Of a DNA stretch of 64,000 bases, positions 58,100-64,000 are shown one piece after another. The notes below the pieces were generated by a model. That model made no database searches and had not been told where the DNA came from. It saw only the letters and a program-made list of their open reading frames with translations. Source of the DNA: Blautia sp. (GTDB lineage Bacteria; Bacillota; Clostridia; Lachnospirales; Lachnospiraceae); assembly GCA_022764275.1 (NCBI GenBank), contig JALERH010000030.1, positions 10,314-74,313 of the forward strand, in the 5' to 3' direction. Position numbers and translations under genes: made by a program. The stretch's first letter is position 1. Each line of letters opens with the position of its first letter.

Positions 58100-60376
58100 T
58101 TAAGCTGTCTCCTCCAGAACTCTGTCCAGAACCTCCTGTATCCTTTTTACCGGAATGATCTGAAGCTTTTCTTTTACTTCATCTGCCACATCATCCAGAT
58201 CGTCCACATTTTCATAAGGTATGAAGACCTGTCTGATTCCCGCTCGCTGCGCAGCCATCAGTTTTTCCGGCAGACCGCCAATAGGCATGACACCGCCTCG
58301 GAGAGATACTTCGCCGGTCATTCCAATCTCAGGCGAAACTGCTTTTCCTGTCACCAGGGAAGACAATGCGGTTACCAGCGTGATTCCGGCAGAAGGCCCG
58401 TCCTTTGGGACAGCACCGGAAGGTACATGGATATGGAGATCACTTTTCTCAAATTTTTCAGCGGATTCCGGATACATGGATTTCACGAGGGTAATGGCAA
58501 TCTGAGCGGATTCCTTCATCACATCCCCTAGCTGACCGGTAAGGATTACTTTTCCGCTTCCTTTGGTGAAAGATGTCTCAATGAAAAGAATTTCCCCTCC
58601 TGCTGTTGTCCATGCCAGCCCCGTCACAACACCAGGCACCGGCTTCTCCAGAATCTTTTCATGACGGATTCCATTATTCCCCATAAATTCCGGAACGCGT
58701 TTTTCGCTCACGGTAATGCTTTTCTGCTCCCCTTTTACCAGTTTCACGGCAGCATAGCGGCAGAGCACATCCATCTGTTTCTTCAGGCCACGTACACCGG
58801 CTTCCGCCGTATACTCTCCGATAATACGCATGATCGCTTCATCGGTCACGCGAAGATTCTGTGCTTTGATTCCCATGCTTTTCATCGCTCTGGGGAGCAG
58901 ATGCCTTCTGGCAATATGGAATTTTTCAATGGCGGTATAGCCCGGAAACTGAATGACCTCCATACGATTCAGCAGTGGTTCCGGAATCGTATCCGTAGTG
59001 TTCGCCGTGCAGACAAAAAGAACATTGGACAGATCATAGGGTACATTCATGTAGTGATCCGTAAAACTGTTATTCTGCTCCGGATCAAGCACTTCCAGCA
59101 GGGCACTGGACGGATCCCCGCCATAGTCCTTTGTCAGCTTATCTACTTCATCCAACACCATGACCGGGTTCTGTGCACCGCTTCTCTTCATTCCTTCCAT
59201 AATCCTGCCGGGCATAGCCCCCACATAGGTTCTTCTGTGTCCACGGATTTCCGCTTCGTCATGGACACCGCCCAGGCTGATGCGCACATATTTCCGGTGC
59301 AGTGCCCTGGCGATACTCTGTCCGATGCTGGTTTTTCCGGTTCCCGGCGCACCTACGAAAAGCAGGATAGACCCTGATTGTTTTTTATTTAAAGCCATAA
59401 CGGCAAGCTGTTGGATGATCCTTTCTTTTACCTTTTTCAGGCCATAGTGATCCTCATCCAGAATCTTTTCCGCCTCATTCAGATCAATCTCCGGTGTCTC
59501 CTCATTTTTCCAGGAAAGACTGGTGACAAAGTCCAGATAATCATACAGCATTCCATATTCATGGCTGTCTTTTCCCTCCTGCTTCATGCGGTTCAGTACC
59601 TTCTCCGCTTCTTTTTTCGCCTCATCATTCATGCCGGCTTCCTGAATTTTTTTCTCAAACCGACGGACATCGGAGATATTTTCCGGATGCATCTCATCCA
59701 GCTGGTTCTGCAAAAATTCAATCTGCTTCTTCAGAGCGGATTCCCGGTAAATCTTTTCATTGGAATTTTTCTGGGCACTTTCCGCTTCCTCGCTCACCCT
59801 GAAAATCTCCATCAGCTCGTAGAAAGCCTGCTCCAGAATATCACATCTCTGCCTTCTGGAATTGGTAGAAAGAATCGCGTATTTTTCTTCCCACGTAATA
59901 TTCATGTATCCTGCCAGAGCACAGGCGGCTTCGTCAAAGCTTTTCCAGTGATAGATCATGCTTCTCGCCCAGATTCCCCACTGAAATCCTTTGGCAAAAT
60001 CCATCATTTCCTTTTTTGTTTTTTCGAAACGTTCCTTTTCTTCTTCCGCAGGAATATCCTCTTCCTCAGGATTGTCCTGGGTATCCGCTACAAGGCCGTC
60101 AGGAGAACTTTGGAATCCTGAAATTGTCACACGCTTTTCAGTGCTGATTTTCACGCTTCCCTCTTCATCAATACTTTCAATTTTTCCAGTCACACCCACG
60201 GGATATAAATCCTCGGGCATGATTTCCTCACCAGATGCCTCATTTTTCAGCATTACAAATAAAACTTCTTCCCCCACGCTCTCCGGAGTAATTTTCTCTC
60301 TGGGGAACATATCTTTTTTAAAGAAAAAGGTAATGCCCGGCAGTACCAGCAAATCATAAATCGGTATGGTTATCAT
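58100..60376 (-). CDS. lon: ATP-dependent Lon protease
   Basis: DHYGLKKVKERI, GAPGTGKTS, HRRTYVGAMPG, VLDEVDK, KDGPSAG, IGGLPEK. Confidence 0.96.
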   Translation of the reverse strand: MITIPIYDLLVLPGITFFFKKDMFPREKITPESVGEEVLFVMLKNEASGEEIMPEDLYPVGVTGKIESIDEEGSVKISTEKRVTISGFQSSPDGLVADTQDNPEEEDIPAEEEKERFEKTKKEMMDFAKGFQWGIWARSMIYHWKSFDEAACALAGYMNITWEEKYAILSTNSRRQRCDILEQAFYELMEIFRVSEEAESAQKNSNEKIYRESALKKQIEFLQNQLDEMHPENISDVRRFEKKIQEAGMNDEAKKEAEKVLNRMKQEGKDSHEYGMLYDYLDFVTSLSWKNEETPEIDLNEAEKILDEDHYGLKKVKERIIQQLAVMALNKKQSGSILLFVGAPGTGKTSIGQSIARALHRKYVRISLGGVHDEAEIRGHRRTYVGAMPGRIMEGMKRSGAQNPVMVLDEVDKLTKDYGGDPSSALLEVLDPEQNNSFTDHYMNVPYDLSNVLFVCTANTTDTIPEPLLNRMEVIQFPGYTAIEKFHIARRHLLPRAMKSMGIKAQNLRVTDEAIMRIIGEYTAEAGVRGLKKQMDVLCRYAAVKLVKGEQKSITVSEKRVPEFMGNNGIRHEKILEKPVPGVVTGLAWTTAGGEILFIETSFTKGSGKVILTGQLGDVMKESAQIAITLVKSMYPESAEKFEKSDLHIHVPSGAVPKDGPSAGITLVTALSSLVTGKAVSPEIGMTGEVSLRGGVMPIGGLPEKLMAAQRAGIRQVFIPYENVDDLDDVADEVKEKLQIIPVKRIQEVLDRVLEETA

Positions 60377-60405
60377 GCTTATTTCCTCCTTCTTTTCGTT
60401 TATTG

Positions 60406-60432
60406 TCAGCACTCATTTTATTCGAGTGCTAA
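60406..60432 (-). promoter_or_regulatory. CIRCE element (HrcA operator) upstream of lon
   Basis: Sense TTAGCACTC-GAATAAAAT-GAGTGCTGA; one mismatch to TTAGCACTC-N9-GAGTGCTAA. Confidence 0.88.
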
Positions 60433-60576
60433 TATTCAGTTAAAGAAAATGGCGAACTCAATGGAATCCGCCATTTGATACTATGACTTTTATTCTACCA
60501 CGAAATTCGGATTTTGCAAGGATTTCCGAAAAATATCTCTGGCAGATACTGTGAATTATCTGTGAAATTTCTTATC

Positions 60577-61905
60577 CTATAATACAACTGCACTGATCTG
60601 CCTCTTATAAATTCTGACAAAGTACAGAATTTCAGCTGCTGCTGTGATGCCCCAGGAAAAAATGTAGAGCAGATACAGCGACGGTATTGTACGAAAATGT
60701 GCAAAGACTGTATAAACCCAGACGATACGGAACGCACAGGAGCCAAGAAGTACAATGACTGTCGGTGCCAGGCTCTTTCCCAGCGCTCTGGATGCCGCAA
60801 TGGTACAGTCCATAAATGCGGAAAAGCCATAGGAAAATCCCATAATGACCAGACGGTGCATTCCCGCCTCGACAACCGCCGGGTCACTGGTAAACAATCC
60901 CAGGAACGGCTTTCCGAAAATCACAAGCAGGATTCCCAGAAGCATGCCGACCCCAAAAGAATATCCCAGACTCACCAGATAGCTTTTGCGGATACGTTCC
61001 TTTTTCCCGGCACCGTAATTGTGTCCCATAAAGGTTCCGCAGGCTGTATAGAAGGACATCATAACTCCATATACAACCGCATCCGCATTTGCCGCTGCGG
61101 AGTTTCCCGCAACCATGGTAGCACTGAAGGAGTTTACACCAACCTGAATAAACAGGTTTGCGACCTGAAAAATGGCATTTTGCGCTCCTGCCGGAACCCC
61201 GATCCGAAGGATGTCTTTTACTTTTTCCCTGTGGATATGCAGGGATGAACGTCTGAGTGCATAGGTTTCCCGGCTTTTAAAGAGTGCCCGCACAATCCAG
61301 ATGGCGGATATGTACTGCGCGATCACGCTGGCCCAGGCCACTCCCGCCACACTCATTTTACACACAATCACGAAAAACAGATTCAGAAGCACATTTACAA
61401 TCCCTGCAAAAGACAGGTAATAAAGGGGACGTTTTGTCTCGCCTCCTGCACTGAAAACAGCATTTCCGAAATTGTAAACCGCAAGGGCAGGTATTCCCAG
61501 AAAATAAATGCGGATATACAGAACTGCCCCGTCCAAAAGCTCCGGTTTTGTCTGCAGGATCTGAAGAATTTCTCTGGAAGAGCCAATCCCCAGAAGCATC
61601 AGCAAGATACCGATGATAATACTCAAAAGCAGTGAGGTATGAACCGTTTCCGTGGTCGCCTTTTTATTTCCGGCACCCAGATACAGTGCTGTCAGTACAT
61701 TGATTCCTCCAGACAACCCGATCAGAAAATCTGTAAACATCGTCACAAGCGTAGCGGTGGAACCCACCGAACCCAACGCTGCTGATCCGGCAAACTGTCC
61801 CACCACCGCAATATCTGCCATATTGAATAATACCTGCAGAAGGTTGGATATCATCAGTGGTATGCTGAAAAGCAAAATATTTTTCCCAAGTGAACCCTCC
61901 GTCAT
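60577..61905 (-). CDS. MATE family efflux transporter
   Basis: PLMISNLLQVLFNMADIAVVG, GETKRPL, NVLLN.FFV; 12-TM pattern. Confidence 0.93.
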   Translation of the reverse strand: MTEGSLGKNILLFSIPLMISNLLQVLFNMADIAVVGQFAGSAALGSVGSTATLVTMFTDFLIGLSGGINVLTALYLGAGNKKATTETVHTSLLLSIIIGILLMLLGIGSSREILQILQTKPELLDGAVLYIRIYFLGIPALAVYNFGNAVFSAGGETKRPLYYLSFAGIVNVLLNLFFVIVCKMSVAGVAWASVIAQYISAIWIVRALFKSRETYALRRSSLHIHREKVKDILRIGVPAGAQNAIFQVANLFIQVGVNSFSATMVAGNSAAANADAVVYGVMMSFYTACGTFMGHNYGAGKKERIRKSYLVSLGYSFGVGMLLGILLVIFGKPFLGLFTSDPAVVEAGMHRLVIMGFSYGFSAFMDCTIAASRALGKSLAPTVIVLLGSCAFRIVWVYTVFAHFRTIPSLYLLYIFSWGITAAAEILYFVRIYKRQISAVVL

Positions 61906-62059
61906 ATTTCCTCTCCTCATCACAATTTCTCATCCATCTGGAATCCTGACAGGATTCCCGCTCTATTTTACCATCAAAGAGGAAATCTGTTAACCTTCTT
62001 TTTTATGATTTATGAAACAGCACTCTGGGTTCCCTTTTTCAGATCAAAGGCCCCTTCTT

Positions 62060-62569
62060 TTAAATATATTCGTATTCCTGCCTGCCTGATTCCTTTCCAT
62101 CTTCCGATGAGGGAAACTTAATGATCCATTCCTCACCGTCTATTTCTGTCAAAATTTTAGGTCTCGCACCTCCGGAAGAGCCGCCCATACGAAATAGTTC
62201 ATCCAGATTATCAGAATAATCCGGTTTGTAAGTAAGTGCTCCCATTCCTGAATCCCCCACAATTGCAAGTCGATTCAGATTTCCTGTTTTGTAAGGATTC
62301 ATATGATTTTTCAGTAAAAAGCGATCAACCAGAAGACTTCCCCATCCATCCGGCAGACTGTCTGCAAATACGCCGAAAATCCCTTCAAAGGGATCTGCTT
62401 TTGGAAGAAACACTCTGCGCTCCAGTGGAATTGAAAAAGGGCTTATGGAAAAGTCATCCGCTATCCACTCTTTTTCATATTCAAATGCAATCAGGTTGTT
62501 CTTGTGTAATGCCAGTGTTCCAACCTTTCTCTCGTGGTAAAATACAGACAAACGATTAATCTTCTCCAT
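62060..62569 (-). pseudogene. hipA: Truncated HipA-family toxin kinase
   Basis: N-terminal coupling domain (FEY..EW, DSLPDGWG, GMGALTY) and GGSSGGARPK P-loop, then stop right after EYEY; no catalytic loop follows in any frame I could read. Confidence 0.8.
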
Positions 62570-62843
62570 TCAGAACCTCCTCGATTGACAAAAAAGGCAC
62601 TTCTTCGAATAAGCTCTCCAATTCGCCCTGTATTCCCAGAGCAAATGCAATCTTAGTCAGGGAAATCAGAGAAATCTCACCGCTTTGCTCAAAACGCTTC
62701 ACAGACCCTAAGCTTACTCCTGATTTTTCACTCAATCTTTTCTGTGATATTTTGCGTCTTTTTCGTATGGCGCGTATTCGCTGTGCGATAAGCCTGTCGA
62801 TTTCCCCAGGGGATTTCAGCATAAAATTAAATGTATGATTCAT
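62556..62843 (-). CDS. hipB: XRE-family HTH antitoxin (HipB-like)
   Basis: ISQKRLSEKSGVSLGSVKRFEQSG; overlaps the hipA start; start codon uncertain. Confidence 0.8.
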   Translation of the reverse strand: MNHTFNFMLKSPGEIDRLIAQRIRAIRKRRKISQKRLSEKSGVSLGSVKRFEQSGEISLISLTKIAFALGIQGELESLFEEVPFLSIEEVLNGED

Positions 62844-62981
62844 AGATAATATTTTAGCTATTTCTCCTATTTTTGTCAATAAAGGGATAATATATTAGCG
62901 TTCTTCAAGCACAGCCTGCAGCACCTCTTTTCCTTCCGAAGTATTATGAATCTGTTCCATCCAGATCGCTCAAAACTGATT

Positions 62982-64000
62982 TCAATACTCTGACCGTATT
63001 GCCCAACGCATCTTTGTAGATTTTGCCCGACTGTTTCTTGCGCATTCTTCTGCGGAAGGACGGATCACATCTTTTGAAATCTCACTGTACAGACCTTCGC
63101 GTTTGAATTCTTTAAACGACTTTTTCACCAGCCTGTCCTCTCCGGAATGGAACGTCAGAATAGCCACCCGACCATTGGGTGCCAATACTTCCGGGAGTTT
63201 CCCGAGAAACGCGTACAGGACTTCAAATTCACTGTTGATATCAATCCGAAGAGCCTGAAAAGTCCGCTGGCAGGTTTTTTTCACTGCTTCCTTACGCTCT
63301 TTATCCGGGATGAAATACAAAGCTTCTTCAATAGCTTCCTTCAGCTGTGTGGTGGTTAAAATATATTTTCCTTTGGCCCTCCATTTCAGAACTGTTTTTG
63401 CAATCTCCTCTGCATAAGGCTCATCTGCATTTTCCACCAGCATTCCCTGCAGTTCTTCTCCGGAGATCGTCTTCAGACGTTCTGCAGCACTTATACCTTT
63501 TTCCGGATTCATGCGCAGATCAAGAGGTCCGTCCGTTTTATAGGAAAATCCACGGTCCGGATTGTCAATCTGCATGGACGATACACCAAGGTCTGCCAGA
63601 ATAAAGTCAAACTTTTTCCCAGTATCCCGTGATACCTGATCGACATCCGCAAAATTCTGAAGCCTGACAGTCAGAATTTCCTCGCCAAATCCCTGCTTTT
63701 CCAGTCGCTCTTTCGTCTTTTTCGATTCGATCGGATCGACATCCAGGCCGTAAATATGCCCCTGTCCCTGAAGGCATTTCAGCATCTCCTTCGTATGCCC
63801 GCCGTAGCCCAGGGTGGCATCGAGGCCAATCTGTCCCGGTTGAATTTGCAGGAATTCCAGTATTTCTTTTACCATGATGGAGATATGCATCCCCGCCGGG
63901 GTACTTCCTTTCCGAATTACCTTCTCAATGGTATCTGCATACTTTTCCGGATTATGCTCCTTATATTTTTCCTTATAGTTTCTCGGGTGCGTACCGGAAT
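62982..64000 (-). CDS. rsmH: RsmH/MraW-like 16S rRNA C1402 methyltransferase paralogue, 5' end outside the window
   Basis: DATLGYGGH, ADLGVSSMQ, GPLDLRM, FQALRI, ILTFHSGEDR, NSRAKSTKMR; the frame stays open to 64000 (SGTHPRNYKEKYKE). Confidence 0.88.
   Translation of the reverse strand, partial: SGTHPRNYKEKYKEHNPEKYADTIEKVIRKGSTPAGMHISIMVKEILEFLQIQPGQIGLDATLGYGGHTKEMLKCLQGQGHIYGLDVDPIESKKTKERLEKQGFGEEILTVRLQNFADVDQVSRDTGKKFDFILADLGVSSMQIDNPDRGFSYKTDGPLDLRMNPEKGISAAERLKTISGEELQGMLVENADEPYAEEIAKTVLKWRAKGKYILTTTQLKEAIEEALYFIPDKERKEAVKKTCQRTFQALRIDINSEFEVLYAFLGKLPEVLAPNGRVAILTFHSGEDRLVKKSFKEFKREGLYSEISKDVIRPSAEECARNSRAKSTKMRWAIRSEY

Overview
Chromosomal window from a Lachnospiraceae-like anaerobe (Blautia-type gene content; inferred, not searched). 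Nearly all real genes are on the minus strand. Left to right: (1) the N-terminal ~462 codons of an uncharacterised glycyl-radical enzyme (GRE, Cys loop GCQEP) and its radical-SAM activase, behind tandem sigma70 promoters and an 11-bp palindromic operator; (2) an inserted-looking block with a decayed IS200/IS605 tnpB-like fragment and an AAA-ATPase/PD-(D/E)XK gene; (3) a CUT2 sugar ABC transporter with two ~97%-identical ATPases and two divergent permeases, next to a sensor-SBP/kinase/AraC-type response-regulator system; (4) a LacI-controlled operon (aldo-keto reductase, PfkB kinase, GatD-like dehydrogenase, FGGY kinase, class II aldolase) that reads as a PTS-independent hexitol/tagatose route; (5) fucU, fucI and an AraC gene; (6) a ~17 kb microcompartment locus with the gene order of GRM5 fucose/rhamnose compartments but a B12-dependent PduCDE/GH/O module instead of a GRE; (7) a cobalamin riboswitch controlling a small Cys-rich protein, two peptidoglycan hydrolases, ddh, a DUF5685/J-domain pair, an RlmI-like methylase, an ECF S component, DUF1002, Lon with a CIRCE, MATE, a decayed hipBA and a partial rsmH paralogue. 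No rRNA, tRNA or CRISPR array was seen. All calls come from reading motifs by eye; no searches were run. Many starts were moved to the codon with the best RBS.
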